NCBI GenBank assembly: GCA_020048255.1
Contig: JAIFMR010000203.1
Span: 1 to 41,870 of the forward strand
From: Rhodoferax sp.
GTDB lineage: Bacteria; Pseudomonadota; Gammaproteobacteria; Burkholderiales; Burkholderiaceae_C
DNA length: 41,870 bases
Direction: 5' to 3'
Below, piece by piece: positions 1-10,546 of the stretch. The translations under genes and the position numbers were made by a program. A model generated the notes under the pieces. That model ran no database searches and had not been told where the DNA came from. It saw only the letters and a list, made by a program, of their open reading frames with translations. The number at the start of each line of letters is the position of its first letter. Positions within the stretch are counted from its first letter, which is position 1.

Positions 1-1254
1 CGTTTGTACACCGCGCCAGATGGTAAAAAGCCGGTGCGTCTGCATGGTCGCTCATTGATGTTTGTGCGCAACGTAGGCCATCTGATGACCAACCCGGCCA
101 TTTTGTACACCGATAAAGCCGGCGAGGTACGTGAAATACCCGAGGGCATTCTGGATGCCGTGGTGACCACCACCATCGCCATGCATGACCTGGCCAAGAC
201 CAAAAAAGACGCCATTCGTAACTCGCGCAAGGGTTCGGTCTACATCGTCAAGCCCAAGATGCACGGCCCGGCTGAAGTGGCATTCGCCAGTGAGTTATTT
301 GGCCGTGTAGAAAAAATGTTGGGCCTTCCTGATAGCACCGTCAAACTCGGCATCATGGATGAAGAACGTCGCACCAGTGTCAACCTCAAAGCCTGCATTG
401 CCGCCGCGAGCAGCCGCGTGGCGTTCATCAACACCGGCTTTTTGGATCGCACAGGCGACGAAATGCACAGTGCCATGCAGGCGGGCCCCATGATCCGCAA
501 GGGCGACATGAAAACCAGCGCCTGGATCCAATCCTACGAGCGCAATAACGTGCTGGTTGGCCTGAAATGCGGTCTGCGCGGCAAAGCGCAAATCGGCAAG
601 GGAATGTGGGCCATGCCGGATTTGATGAAAGCCATGCTGGAGCAGAAAATTGCCCACCCCAAGGCCGGTGCCAACACCGCCTGGGTACCGAGCCCGACCG
701 GTGCCACTCTGCACGCCCTGCACTACCACCAGGTGCTGGTGAAAGACGTGCAGAAAGAGATGGAGAAAATCAACGCCGACAAAGAGCGCGATGCGCTGCT
801 GACGGGTCTGTTGACCATTCCCGTCACCGCCACGCCGAACTGGACCGATGCCGAGAAACAGCAAGAGCTCGACAACAACGCACAGGGTATCCTGGGTTAT
901 GTGGTGCGCTGGGTTGACCAGGGCGTGGGCTGTTCCAAGGTACCGGACATTCACAACATTGGTCTGATGGAAGACCGTGCCACGCTGCGCATTTCCAGCC
1001 AGCATATGGCCAATTGGTTACACCATGGCGTGGTATCCACCGCCCAGGTGAAAGAAACTTTCGAACGCATGGCTGCTGTGGTCGACGCCCAAAATGCGGG
1101 GGACTCGCTCTACAAGCCGATGGCTGGGCACTTTGACACGTCCATGGCCTACCAGGCGGCGTGTGATTTGGTGTTCAAGGGGCTGGCTCAACCCAGCGGA
1201 TACACCGAACCCTTGCTGCACGGATGGCGCCTGAAAGTGAAGGCGGCAGCCTGA
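1..1254 (+). CDS. glcB: malate synthase G (C-terminal part; 5' end lies outside the window)
   Basis: Frame open from base 1. Motifs [76 protein letters not shown]. Confidence 0.96.
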   Translation, partial: RLYTAPDGKKPVRLHGRSLMFVRNVGHLMTNPAILYTDKAGEVREIPEGILDAVVTTTIAMHDLAKTKKDAIRNSRKGSVYIVKPKMHGPAEVAFASELFGRVEKMLGLPDSTVKLGIMDEERRTSVNLKACIAAASSRVAFINTGFLDRTGDEMHSAMQAGPMIRKGDMKTSAWIQSYERNNVLVGLKCGLRGKAQIGKGMWAMPDLMKAMLEQKIAHPKAGANTAWVPSPTGATLHALHYHQVLVKDVQKEMEKINADKERDALLTGLLTIPVTATPNWTDAEKQQELDNNAQGILGYVVRWVDQGVGCSKVPDIHNIGLMEDRATLRISSQHMANWLHHGVVSTAQVKETFERMAAVVDAQNAGDSLYKPMAGHFDTSMAYQAACDLVFKGLAQPSGYTEPLLHGWRLKVKAAA

Positions 1255-1258
1255 AGCA

Positions 1259-1474
1259 ATGAGCCCTTTATCTCCTTTTTCACCGGAAAACTGCCCGCTT
1301 TGCGGGCAGAAAAACCAATGCGCCATGGAAATTGAACATGCCACAGGTATCAAGCAAACACCCTGCTGGTGCACCCAAACGCAATTCAGCGCGGAGTTAT
1401 TGAACAAGATACCAGAAGCGGCCAGAGGCGTCGCCTGCCTGTGCAGCCAATGCGCCAAACAGGATCAGTCATGA
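1259..1474 (+). CDS. cysteine-rich CWC family small protein
   Basis: 71 aa with pattern CPLCG..NQC...PCWC...CLCSQC; starts 4 nt after the glcB stop. Confidence 0.85.
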   Translation: MSPLSPFSPENCPLCGQKNQCAMEIEHATGIKQTPCWCTQTQFSAELLNKIPEAARGVACLCSQCAKQDQS

Positions 1475-1695
1475 AATGGCTCGATAGCCTGCCGTTACCG
1501 CTGCTCGTGGTGTTGGCGGTGTGGATGGCTGCTGCCCCCATCACGCCCGAGCCGCATCTGATTGAAAAACTGAGAATGCTCAGCCAGGGCAGTTTGACGC
1601 GCCCGCTGGACATTTTTGACTTATGCTTGCACTTGGCACCCGCGCTCATTTTGGGCCTGCGTCTGTTGCGCCAATACGGCCCCCGCAAGAACTGA
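1471..1695 (+). CDS. small (74 aa) two-helix membrane protein of unknown function
   Basis: ATG at 1471 overlaps the upstream TGA (ATGA coupling). MKWLDSLPLPLLVVLAVWMAAAPITPEPHLIEKLRMLSQG...PLDIFDLCLH has two hydrophobic stretches. Confidence 0.8.
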   Translation: MKWLDSLPLPLLVVLAVWMAAAPITPEPHLIEKLRMLSQGSLTRPLDIFDLCLHLAPALILGLRLLRQYGPRKN

Positions 1696-1703
1696 TGGGT
1701 CGA

Positions 1704-3731
1704 CTAGAACTGCCCTGGCACCGTTGGGGAGTTGGAGTCCCTCCTGGGTGGCTCGGCGGGTTGGGCAGGACACTCTGTCGCAGGGCTGAATGTCGAGAAA
1801 TCCAAGTCAAGCATTTTCGACGGTGTTTCTTGGGTCTCTTTAGCTTGCCTGATCTGCCAATCTGACGGCTCAAAGGACAGTGGTGACATATCCCTTTGCT
1901 GAGGAGCGGTCACAGTGCTCGCACCCGAATCACCTGCCGCTGTATCGGTCAAAATCTCGGTATCGGGAGCTCCCTCCAGCGAAGCTTGCCGTGTTGCATT
2001 CCATGGCGCACTGCTGGGCATGGTCTCAGCAATGGCATGCAACATCAACAAATCGCGGAAGGCCGGCAAATCAAATGAGGGTTGCGCCGTGGCTTGTGCA
2101 TCACGGAAAATACAAGCGTCCATGAAAGCCATGGCTTCTCTGCTGGGCCAGCACTCCATGAGTCTGGCCAGCGCTTCAGGGTAGGCCAGCAGGTCTTTGC
2201 CCGCCGCGTGAAAAGCAGGAAAGTCGGGCACGAGCCCATTGAAAAATTGATTGAAAGCAGTCCGATATTCACGGAATTCCGACTTCAATCCAAGTGAGTG
2301 ATACAGCTCAAGCAAATCCAGGTACACAAAGGGGTTGGCCTCGGAGCTCTCGGCAATCTGCTTTTTCAACAGGCGCAACGCACGCTCGGTCTGCCCCAAG
2401 GAAACAAAAAACTCGGCCTGCTGCCGGATATCCAGAATGGGTTCAATACTGATGCTGTGTTTGGTAACAACAGCAGCACCATTCGGTGCAAACTCCAGCG
2501 TCTGAGTGAGTTGCGCATCGGCCTCGGCGTCGTCCACAGCGTGCAAACTGTCGAGATCAATGTCCAGATTCAGGTCAGCAACTGGTGGCGTCGCCGCCGG
2601 CTTCGCTTTGACGGCTGCCACAGGGGTGGACTCCCTGACACGGCTCGCAGAAGTGACGGGAATTCGCCCAGGAGACGCAGGCACCACTGGCGATGAAACC
2701 AAAACGGTATCGGTTGGCGCGTCCTGGGGTCGTTGCCACCAACTTTCGGCCCGCTCTTTGGCACGGCGCTGCTGCCATACAAACCACCCCACAGCCGCAA
2801 GACTGGCCAACAACAAAGCCAGCAGCAGGTAGACCCAAGATGCCGAAACACGATCAGATTGCGCCTGCAGCAACTGCGTCCGTAGTTCGAGCACGCTGGC
2901 GTCGTTCTTAAGCGCCAAGGCTCGCATCGCCTTGATTTCATCTTGCAGGGTAGCCAGTTGCTTGGCCATTAGCAAGGCCTCTTCGGAGGGCGCTGGCGCG
3001 GACGCAGCAGCCGATGCCGGCGTCAACGGGCCAGGGGGCACCGACAAAGGAAGCTCTAAGGGATCCAGCTTCAAAGTGGCTTTGCCGGGAACGCGTTCAG
3101 GCGTTGGGCGTGGCGGTGGCGTGATCTGACGAGCGGGGGCTTTCTTTGGAGGTGCTGGTTTGACAGCTTTGACGATTTTGGCAGGTACCCCGGATGATGC
3201 AGCACTTGCCATGGGCATGGCGACCGGTGCTTTACTCGCAACCGATTCAGATGCCTTCGGATCAGGGGGCAGTGCTATCTTGGTTACGGCAGGTACCTCG
3301 GCCTGGGGTACTGCCGGGACCGCTTCTGCGGCAGCCAGGGGCAAGACCACTGCTGGGAAATCTGCCAAAACAACGTATCGCCTTGTTGTAGGGGAGCCAC
3401 AGGTGGAGCGGACAACCAGCGTCACCACCGGCTCGTCGACTGGCATGCGTGATTGAATGCGCACCATGGACGTCGGCACAGCAGCCGAAGCCAGCGGCGT
3501 CACCGACACAGAAGGTGTCGGTTGCAGCACATCAGCGTGGTAAACCTCGGCGGTAATACAAGACACAGCCGCATCTTCGCCAACGCTGGTCTGCACCGGC
3601 ACCGATACATCCAGGGAACGACCAACAATCACGCTCCCACGCAACTCACCCAAGGTGAAGGCGTGACCAGTCAGTGCCAAACTGGTTAGCGCCGCGACCA
3701 AGGCGGCTGCAACATAACCAACTTTGTTCAT
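1704..3731 (-). CDS. FimV-like polar/pilus-associated membrane protein
   Basis: Signal peptide, then FimV-like N-terminus (FTLGELRGSVIVGRSLDVSV...RRYVVLAD), Pro/Ala linker, coiled coil, one TM (WVYLLLALLLASLAAVGWFVW) and a cytoplasmic TPR-like segment (DIRQQAEFFVSLGQ...VYLDLLELY). ATG at 3731. Confidence 0.7.
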   Translation of the reverse strand: MNKVGYVAAALVAALTSLALTGHAFTLGELRGSVIVGRSLDVSVPVQTSVGEDAAVSCITAEVYHADVLQPTPSVSVTPLASAAVPTSMVRIQSRMPVDEPVVTLVVRSTCGSPTTRRYVVLADFPAVVLPLAAAEAVPAVPQAEVPAVTKIALPPDPKASESVASKAPVAMPMASAASSGVPAKIVKAVKPAPPKKAPARQITPPPRPTPERVPGKATLKLDPLELPLSVPPGPLTPASAAASAPAPSEEALLMAKQLATLQDEIKAMRALALKNDASVLELRTQLLQAQSDRVSASWVYLLLALLLASLAAVGWFVWQQRRAKERAESWWQRPQDAPTDTVLVSSPVVPASPGRIPVTSASRVRESTPVAAVKAKPAATPPVADLNLDIDLDSLHAVDDAEADAQLTQTLEFAPNGAAVVTKHSISIEPILDIRQQAEFFVSLGQTERALRLLKKQIAESSEANPFVYLDLLELYHSLGLKSEFREYRTAFNQFFNGLVPDFPAFHAAGKDLLAYPEALARLMECWPSREAMAFMDACIFRDAQATAQPSFDLPAFRDLLMLHAIAETMPSSAPWNATRQASLEGAPDTEILTDTAAGDSGASTVTAPQQRDMSPLSFEPSDWQIRQAKETQETPSKMLDLDFSTFSPATECPAQPAEPPRRDSNSPTVPGQF

Positions 3732-3972
3732 CAAGACAGCTATTCCTCTTTTGACGATGCTATTGCACCAAGCTCAGACTCACTGGCGAGCTAAATAAAG
3801 CTACGACTCTGCCTGAAATGGCCCGGTATTAGACCATGTGGGAGCATACCCGCAAGAATGACTTATTTCTATCCTCAGCGTGGACATCTGTGAAAACTTG
3901 GCCATATTTCGTTAAGCTTTGACACTAAAGACAACACCCTACGGCCCTTCAACCCTCTGTATCGATCAAACC

Positions 3973-4926
3973 ATGTGCCAATTACTTGGAATGAACAGTC
4001 ACCTGCCGGCCAGCTTGACGCTGAGTTTTACCGGTTTTTCGCAGCGTGGCGGCGGTACCGACCACCATGCGGACGGCTGGGGCATTGCATTTTTTGAGAG
4101 CAATGAATCCAAGCCCGGCAAGGGCATACGGCATTTTGTCGACAAAACGAGTGCCGCCACCTCGCCGATCGCGCAGATGCTAAAGAACTACCCCATCAAA
4201 AGCCACAACGTGGTGGCTCATGTGCGCAAAGCCACCGTTGGCCAGGTGACGCTGGAAAACACCCACCCTTTTGTGCGCGAATTGTGGGGTCGCTATTGGG
4301 TGTTTGCCCACAACGGTGATTTGAAAAACTATGCACCCTATCTGCACGGCCATTTCAAGCCGGTCGGCAATACCGACAGCGAACAGGCCTTTTGCTGGAT
4401 CATGCAGGAGTTGGCCAAATCTCACGCGGATGTTCCGACCGTTGACGAACTCACCCGCACTTTGCAAGAACTGGTCCCGCAAATTTCCAAACACGGCACT
4501 TTCAATTTTTTACTCAGCAATGGCCAGGCGTTATGGGCCCACGCCACCACCAAGCTGTGTTACGTGCTGCGAGCGCACCCGTTTCACCAAGTGCATCTGA
4601 AAGATGAAGATGTGACTGTGAATCTGGCGTACCTCAACAGCCCCGAGGACCGGCTGGCCATCGTTGTGACCGAACCACTCACCACCGACGAAGACTGGAC
4701 GGTGTTTGCCCCCGGTGAGCTCAATGTGTTTGTGGACGGCACCCTGGCCCATTGCAGTTGCCAGTGCGCGGCACCCCCACGCCCAGCGCCTGTCACCGAC
4801 CCCAACAGCCCGGTACCCGTAGTGTCCGAAGGACCTGCGCCTCAGTGCGAGCGCGCCTGCGCCGCTTCAAGTGCCTGCACAAACATGGCCGCCACATCAA
4901 ACCCGGTCTGCTCGGTGATCTCCTGA
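3973..4926 (+). CDS. class II glutamine amidotransferase, YafJ/EgtC/Dug3-like Ntn hydrolase
   Basis: Start MCQLLGMN (Cys2 nucleophile) at ATG 3973. Motifs HHADGWGIAF, AHVRKAT, NTHPF, FAHNG, GNTDSE. The C-terminal tail overlaps gshB. Confidence 0.9.
   Translation: MCQLLGMNSHLPASLTLSFTGFSQRGGGTDHHADGWGIAFFESNESKPGKGIRHFVDKTSAATSPIAQMLKNYPIKSHNVVAHVRKATVGQVTLENTHPFVRELWGRYWVFAHNGDLKNYAPYLHGHFKPVGNTDSEQAFCWIMQELAKSHADVPTVDELTRTLQELVPQISKHGTFNFLLSNGQALWAHATTKLCYVLRAHPFHQVHLKDEDVTVNLAYLNSPEDRLAIVVTEPLTTDEDWTVFAPGELNVFVDGTLAHCSCQCAAPPRPAPVTDPNSPVPVVSEGPAPQCERACAASSACTNMAATSNPVCSVIS
4085..4145 (+). repeat. dispersed ~60-bp motif, degenerate copy inside the yafJ-like gene
   Basis: TTGCATTTTTTGAGAGC|AATGAATCC|AAGCCCGGCAAGGGC|ATACGGCA|TTTTGTCGACAA; same 17/9/15/8 spacing as the other copies; spans the extra peptide SNESKP. 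Confidence 0.45.
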
Positions 4927-5807
4927 AAGCAGGTTGGACTGGTGACATTGATTTCGGTCAGGCTGTCACCAATCACATCCAGGCCAATCAGTAGCAAGCC
5001 CCGCGCGGCCAACTTCGGACCGATCGCCAGGGCGATTTCGCGATCGCGCGCGCTCAGAGGTTGCGCCAAACCTTTACCGCCCGCAGCCAAGTTGCCACGG
5101 ACTTCGCCACCTTGGGGGATCCGGGCCAAACAATAGGGCACTGGCTCGCCGTCAATCACCAGGATGCGTTTATCGCCTTGGGCGATGGCTGGCAAAAATT
5201 TTTGCACCATCACTGTTTGGGCACCATCTTTGTTCAGGGTTTCAATGATGGCGCCCAGGTTCAAGCCATCTTCTTTGACCCTAAAAATCCCCATGCCACC
5301 CATACCGTCGAGGGGTTTCAAGATGATGTCCCGGTGCTCCGCATGAAAGCGCCGAATGTCAGGATCACGGCGCGTCACCAGCGTCGGGCCAATGAACTGG
5401 GGAAACTCCAGAATCGCCAGTTTCTCTGGGTGATCGCGCAAGGCGCGTGGCTTGTTGAACACCCGAGCACCTTCACGCTCGGCTTGCTCCAGCAGGTGGG
5501 TGGCATAAAAAAACTCAGCATCAAACGGCGGGTCTTTGCGCATCACCACTGCATCAAAATCCTTCACTGCTCGCTGCAGCTCATGTGGCGCTGAAGGCGC
5601 CTCCACAAACCAATCCACCGGATGGCCCGTCAGCGTGATGCGGCTCACAGTCGCTGTGACCGGTGCACCACACTGCCACGAGATATCTTTCGGTTCACAG
5701 ACACTGATGCGATGACCCCGCCGCTGTGCCTCACGCATCATGGCAAAGGTAGTGTCCTTATAAATTTTGAAGGATGTCAAAGGATCAGCCACAAACAGCA
5801 AGTTCAT
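4842..5807 (-). CDS. gshB: glutathione synthetase
   Basis: KIYKDTTFAMM, MRKDPPFD, KPLDGMGGMGIF, RGNLAAGG, TEINVTSPT. Confidence 0.97.
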   Translation of the reverse strand: MNLLFVADPLTSFKIYKDTTFAMMREAQRRGHRISVCEPKDISWQCGAPVTATVSRITLTGHPVDWFVEAPSAPHELQRAVKDFDAVVMRKDPPFDAEFFYATHLLEQAEREGARVFNKPRALRDHPEKLAILEFPQFIGPTLVTRRDPDIRRFHAEHRDIILKPLDGMGGMGIFRVKEDGLNLGAIIETLNKDGAQTVMVQKFLPAIAQGDKRILVIDGEPVPYCLARIPQGGEVRGNLAAGGKGLAQPLSARDREIALAIGPKLAARGLLLIGLDVIGDSLTEINVTSPTCFQEITEQTGFDVAAMFVQALEAAQARSH

Positions 5808-5842
5808 CAGCGCATTACTCCTGCGGTTTCATCCGCGATATG

Positions 5843-7711
5843 TCAGATTTCAATCTTCGAACCCAACTCCACCACCGAGTTACTGGGCAGATTCAAGAAG
5901 TCGGCCGCACCGCTGGCGTTCAGGTGCATCTGGGCAAAGAGTTTTTCGCGCCACTGTGCCATGCCGCCACCCAGCGTGGGCGTGACCGTATCACGGCTGA
6001 GGAAATAACTGGTGGTCATGGGTTCGAGGTCACAGCCACGTCCCTTGATGTGCTGCAAGGCCTTGGGCAAGTCCGGGTCATTCTTGAAACCGTAATTCAC
6101 CATCACTGCCCAGCAGTCGTGCCCAAGGGACTCGACAACCAGTCGCTTGTCCATACCGATCCAGGGCACCTCGTGGTTGCGCACCGTTACAAACAAATTG
6201 ATTTCATGCAACACCTTGTTGTGTTTGAGGTTGTGCAACATGGCATTGGGCACTGTGCCCGGCTCGGCTGTCAAAAACACGGCCGTGCCGGCGACCCGCA
6301 CGGGCGGACTGACAAAAACCGCCTCGAGAAAGCTGTCCAGGTCAATGGCATCCACCTTGAGTTTCTGATTCAACAGGCGACGGCCGTCTTTCCAGGTCAG
6401 CATCACGGTGAACACCGCACTGGCAATCAGCAAAGGGAACCAGCCGCCATCCACCAGTTTGACCATATTGGACGCAAAAAAAGCCAGGTCCACCACAAAA
6501 AAGACACCCGTGGCAGCCAAGCACAAGGCCAATGGGTAATGCCAGGCATAACGGATCACAAAAAAGGTCAACACCGTGGTGATCAGCATGTCCAGGGTGA
6601 CCGCAATCCCGTAGGCTGCGGCGAGGTTGCTCGACGACTTGAACAACACCACCGCCAACACAATCAGGACGAACAAGCCCCAGTTCACAAACGGCATGAA
6701 GATTTGACCAGTCTCCTTGACGCTGGTGTGCCACACCTGGAAACGCGGCAAATATCCCAACTGGATCACTTGTTTCGTCACCGAAAAGGCTCCGGTGATC
6801 AGCGCTTGCGAGGCAATCACCGTGGCCATTGTGGCAAGACACACCAGCGGCACCAGGGCCCACGCGGGCGCCATCATGAAGAACGGATTTTTAACTGCTG
6901 CGGGGTTGCTCAACAACAAGGCACCCTGGCCAAAATAATTCAAGGTGAGTGAAGGCATGACGACAAAAAACCACGCCAAGCGAATCGGTTTTTTACCAAA
7001 ATGACCCATGTCGGCATACAGCGCTTCCCCCCCCGTGACGCAAAGCACCACCGCACCCAAAATGATGAAGGTGGTGCCCGGGTTCTCCCACATGAAGCCC
7101 AGCGCGTAATGCGGGCTCATCGCCCACAACACTTCCGGCGTTTGTGCAATATGAGACACCCCCAGCACAGCAATGGTGGCGAACCACACCAGCGTGACCG
7201 GGCCAAAGAACTTGCCAATGTCTGCTGTGCCCCGTTTTTGCACAAAAAACAAACCAAACAGAATCACCAGGGTCAGCGGAATCACCGCCCTTTTGAAGGC
7301 AGGGGACACCACCTCCAGACCCTCCACCGCCGAAAGCACTGAAATGGCCGGGGTGATCACCCCATCGCCATAGAACAAGCAGGTGCCAAAAATACCCACC
7401 AAAAGCAGGAGACGCCGCAATTGAGGCTTGTCCTTGACCGACTGCGAGGCCAACGCCAACATGGCCACCAGGCCACCCTCCCCGTTGTTGTCGGCACGCA
7501 GCACCAGGGTGACATATTTAAGAGAGATGATGACGGTGAGCGTCCAGAAAAAAATGGACAAGATACCGAGCACGTTGTCATGGGTGAAAGGAACATGACC
7601 CGAGCCAAAGACTTCTTTGACGGCATAGAGCACGCTGGTGCCAATATCACCGTAAACCACACCGATGGCGCCCAGTGTGAGCGCACGCAAAGACGTTTGA
7701 GAAGTTGCCAA
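5843..7711 (-). CDS. kup: KUP/HAK/KT potassium transporter
   Basis: [45 protein letters not shown]. Start uncertain (TTG 7711 or ATG 7750). Confidence 0.95.
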   Translation of the reverse strand: MATSQTSLRALTLGAIGVVYGDIGTSVLYAVKEVFGSGHVPFTHDNVLGILSIFFWTLTVIISLKYVTLVLRADNNGEGGLVAMLALASQSVKDKPQLRRLLLLVGIFGTCLFYGDGVITPAISVLSAVEGLEVVSPAFKRAVIPLTLVILFGLFFVQKRGTADIGKFFGPVTLVWFATIAVLGVSHIAQTPEVLWAMSPHYALGFMWENPGTTFIILGAVVLCVTGGEALYADMGHFGKKPIRLAWFFVVMPSLTLNYFGQGALLLSNPAAVKNPFFMMAPAWALVPLVCLATMATVIASQALITGAFSVTKQVIQLGYLPRFQVWHTSVKETGQIFMPFVNWGLFVLIVLAVVLFKSSSNLAAAYGIAVTLDMLITTVLTFFVIRYAWHYPLALCLAATGVFFVVDLAFFASNMVKLVDGGWFPLLIASAVFTVMLTWKDGRRLLNQKLKVDAIDLDSFLEAVFVSPPVRVAGTAVFLTAEPGTVPNAMLHNLKHNKVLHEINLFVTVRNHEVPWIGMDKRLVVESLGHDCWAVMVNYGFKNDPDLPKALQHIKGRGCDLEPMTTSYFLSRDTVTPTLGGGMAQWREKLFAQMHLNASGAADFLNLPSNSVVELGSKIEI

Positions 7712-7822
7712 GCAGTCACCCAGCACCCCGGGGGCTGGGCTCCATGTCATAAGGAAGCGCTATTTTGCGTCAGAAAGACGGCCACGCCACTGACCCACCC
7801 ACCAATCTGTCAACGCCAGATG

Positions 7823-9118
7823 CTATTCATCGATCTCGGCATCGGGATCTGTGGCCTCCAGCTCGTAGCTCGATGCCAGCATGGCCAAGCGGCCCACCAC
7901 ACCATACATATAAAAGCGGTTGGGCACACTGGCGCCAGGCTTGACGCCAGGCTGGGGCAGCTGCGTGCTGTGCTCAAAGGCCAAAGGCACATAACCCGAA
8001 CCGGGTGCGTTCAGGGCTTCATCCACGCCACGCGCTGCGTGCACTCGATAAAAACCACCCACCACGTACCGATCCATCGTGTAGATCACTGGTTCAGCCA
8101 CGGCGTCATTGACCCGCTCTTGTGTCAATACGCCTTCTTGCACCATGAAATCATGGGCTTGCAAGGGTTTGGCACGGCCATCCGCCAAGGTCCTGATGCG
8201 ATCACACAGGGCCAGCATGTCGTTGGCATCACGCACCGTGACAATCCCCAACTCATGGGTGCCGTGATCCGCTTTGACGACCACAAACGGCTTTTCCTTG
8301 ATGCCGTATTCCTTGTATTTGCGCCGGACCCGGGCCAGCACCACGTCGACCTGGCTGCGCAGGCACTCCAGACCCTTGTCCTGTGCCAAATCAACTTGCT
8401 CACATTTATCAAACAAGGGGTTGATCAACCAGGGGTCAACCCCCATGAGTTTGCCCAATCGCTTGGCGACTTCCTCATAGGCCTTGAAGTGGGTGCTTTT
8501 GCGCCGCGTTGGCCAGCCGGCGTGCAGGGGAGGCAACAGATACTGTTCAAAAATCTCTTCCAAAATACCCGGAACACCCGCACTCAGGTCGTTGTTGAGC
8601 AAAATGGTGCAGGGGTCAAAGTCTTTGAGGCCCAGGCGGCGCTTGCCACGAATGACCGGCTCCAATGTCATGGTTTCGCCGCTTCGTAATTCAACCGTAG
8701 TGGTCTTCTTAACCGCCGGATCAATCGAACCCAGGCGAACATTCAAACCTGCCATGTTGAAAATCCGCTGCAGTTGCAACAGGTTTTCCATATAAAAAGG
8801 GCTGTGCTTGCCGTTTTCAGGAATCACCAACAGGTTGCGCGCTTCAGGACAGATTTTTTCAATGGCCGCCATGGCGGCTTGCACGGCCAGTGGCAGCATC
8901 TCGGGCGTCAGGTTGTTCCAGCCGCCAGGAAACAGATTGGTGTCGACGGGGGACAGCTTGAAGCCGGCATTGCGGATATCGACCGAGCTGTAAAACGGCG
9001 GGGTGTGCTCCATCCACTCCAGGCGAAACCAGCGCTCGATGGCAGGCATGGAATCCAGCACACGCTGCTCGAGTTCATTGATCGGGCCGGTTAAAGCGGT
9101 AATGAGGTGCGGAACCAT
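7823..9118 (-). CDS. gshA: glutamate--cysteine ligase (betaproteobacterial type)
   Basis: MVPHLITAL, YSSVDIRNAGFKLSPVDTNLFPGGWNNL, VGGFYRVH, NRFYMYGVVGRLA; clustered with gshB. Confidence 0.94.
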   Translation of the reverse strand: MVPHLITALTGPINELEQRVLDSMPAIERWFRLEWMEHTPPFYSSVDIRNAGFKLSPVDTNLFPGGWNNLTPEMLPLAVQAAMAAIEKICPEARNLLVIPENGKHSPFYMENLLQLQRIFNMAGLNVRLGSIDPAVKKTTTVELRSGETMTLEPVIRGKRRLGLKDFDPCTILLNNDLSAGVPGILEEIFEQYLLPPLHAGWPTRRKSTHFKAYEEVAKRLGKLMGVDPWLINPLFDKCEQVDLAQDKGLECLRSQVDVVLARVRRKYKEYGIKEKPFVVVKADHGTHELGIVTVRDANDMLALCDRIRTLADGRAKPLQAHDFMVQEGVLTQERVNDAVAEPVIYTMDRYVVGGFYRVHAARGVDEALNAPGSGYVPLAFEHSTQLPQPGVKPGASVPNRFYMYGVVGRLAMLASSYELEATDPDAEIDE

Positions 9119-9178
9119 GTGAAACCTTGAAAAGTGAACATATCAATTTTAGAACCCGACGCTGCTTGGCGCGTTCAA

Positions 9179-10513
9179 TCAGCCACGTACTTCGCCCTGG
9201 CCCAGCACCACGTACTTGAGCGAGGTCAGGCCTTCAATGCCCACCGGACCGCGGGCGTGAAACTTGTCCGTGCTGATGCCAATCTCGGCGCCCAGCCCAT
9301 ATTCAAAACCATCAGCAAAGCGGGTGCTGGTGTTGACCATGACGCTGGCCGAGTCGACTTCACGCAGGAACTGCTGCGCATGCAGGTGGTCTCGGGTGAG
9401 GATGGCGTCAGTGTGATGGCTGCTGTACTGATTGATATGGGCAATAGCGGCTTCCACACCTTCCACCACCTTGATGCTGATGATAGGTGCCAGGTACTCT
9501 TCAAACCAATCGGACTCGGTCGCAGCCACCCATACCGGCGCCGCAGATGCTACTGATTCAGTAGCATATTGCGCTTTCTGGACGGGGGCGAGAGGCCAAT
9601 TTTCTTTAAGAATCTGAAGCGCTTGCGGGTCGCAGCGCATCTCCACACCCTTGGCGGCATAGACTGCACCGATCAGCGGCAAAAACTCTGCCGCGACGCC
9701 GCGCGCTACCAACAGGCTCTCGGTGGCATTGCACGGGCTGTACTTATTGGTTTTGGCGTTGTCCGCCACCTTGACAGCCATCGCAATGTCACACGGATCG
9801 TCCACATAGGTGTGGCAATTTCCGTCCAGGTGCTTGATGACAGGCACCTTGGCATCGCGACTGATGCGCTCAATCAGCCCCTTACCACCGCGTGGGATGA
9901 TCACATCGACATACTGTGGCATGGCAATCAGCTGCCCAACCACCTCCCGGTCGGTGGTTTGCACCAGTTGCACCGCGTTTTCAGGCAAGCCACTGTCTGC
10001 CAAAGCCTGCTGCACCAGCCTGGCCAGCGCCTTGTTGGAGTCAATGGCCTCCGAGCCGCCCCGCAAAATGCAGGCATTGCCGCTTTTGATGGACAGGCTG
10101 GCAGCCTCAATGGTGACGTTGGGCCGACTTTCAAAAATCATGCCAAACACACCAATCGGCACCCGCATTTGCCCGACCCGGATGCCGCTGGGTTGCTCGC
10201 GCATGCCGGTGATTTCGCCAATCACATCGGCCATGGCTGCCAACTGCTCGCAACCCTGAGCGCAGGTTTCAATCACTTTAGGCGTTAATTTCAAACGGTC
10301 GACCATGGGCGCCGACAAGCCTGCAGCCGTGGCACGGCTCAAGTCCTCGGCATTGGCCGTTTGCAGCGTGTCCACATTGGCTCGAAGCAAGTCCGCCAGG
10401 CGCCTCAGAGCTCTGTTTTTAATAGCTGCTGGCGCTTTCGCCATCAGGGCTGAGGCCTGTTTTGCTTGCAAACCCAGAGTTTGGGTAACGGCGGCAATGT
10501 CGATGGCGTTCAT
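9179..10513 (-). CDS. proA: gamma-glutamyl phosphate reductase
   Basis: [61 protein letters not shown]. Confidence 0.97.
   Translation of the reverse strand: MNAIDIAAVTQTLGLQAKQASALMAKAPAAIKNRALRRLADLLRANVDTLQTANAEDLSRATAAGLSAPMVDRLKLTPKVIETCAQGCEQLAAMADVIGEITGMREQPSGIRVGQMRVPIGVFGMIFESRPNVTIEAASLSIKSGNACILRGGSEAIDSNKALARLVQQALADSGLPENAVQLVQTTDREVVGQLIAMPQYVDVIIPRGGKGLIERISRDAKVPVIKHLDGNCHTYVDDPCDIAMAVKVADNAKTNKYSPCNATESLLVARGVAAEFLPLIGAVYAAKGVEMRCDPQALQILKENWPLAPVQKAQYATESVASAAPVWVAATESDWFEEYLAPIISIKVVEGVEAAIAHINQYSSHHTDAILTRDHLHAQQFLREVDSASVMVNTSTRFADGFEYGLGAEIGISTDKFHARGPVGIEGLTSLKYVVLGQGEVRG
9547..9609 (+). repeat. dispersed ~60-bp motif, best-preserved copy, in-frame insertion in proA (antisense to the gene)
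   Basis: GCTACTGATTCAGTAGC|ATATTGCGC|TTTCTGGACGGGGGC|GAGAGGCC|AATTTTCTTTAA. The head lies in a perfect 10-bp inverted repeat ATGCTACTGA-T-TCAGTAGCAT (9547-9567). Confidence 0.75.
10410..10470 (+). repeat. dispersed ~60-bp motif, copy in the 5' part of proA (antisense)
   Basis: GCTCTGTTTTTAATAGC|TGCTGGCGC|TTTCGCCATCAGGGC|TGAGGCC|TGTTTTGCTTGCA (fourth block 1 nt short). Confidence 0.7.
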
Positions 10514-10546
10514 GTCTTGTCAATTCATTCAATGTCTGGGTGACTG

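Noticed and set aside
7719-7740. Small GC hairpin upstream of kup
   Set aside because: Short, with no recognisable riboswitch features; may fall within coding sequence if ATG 7750 is the start.
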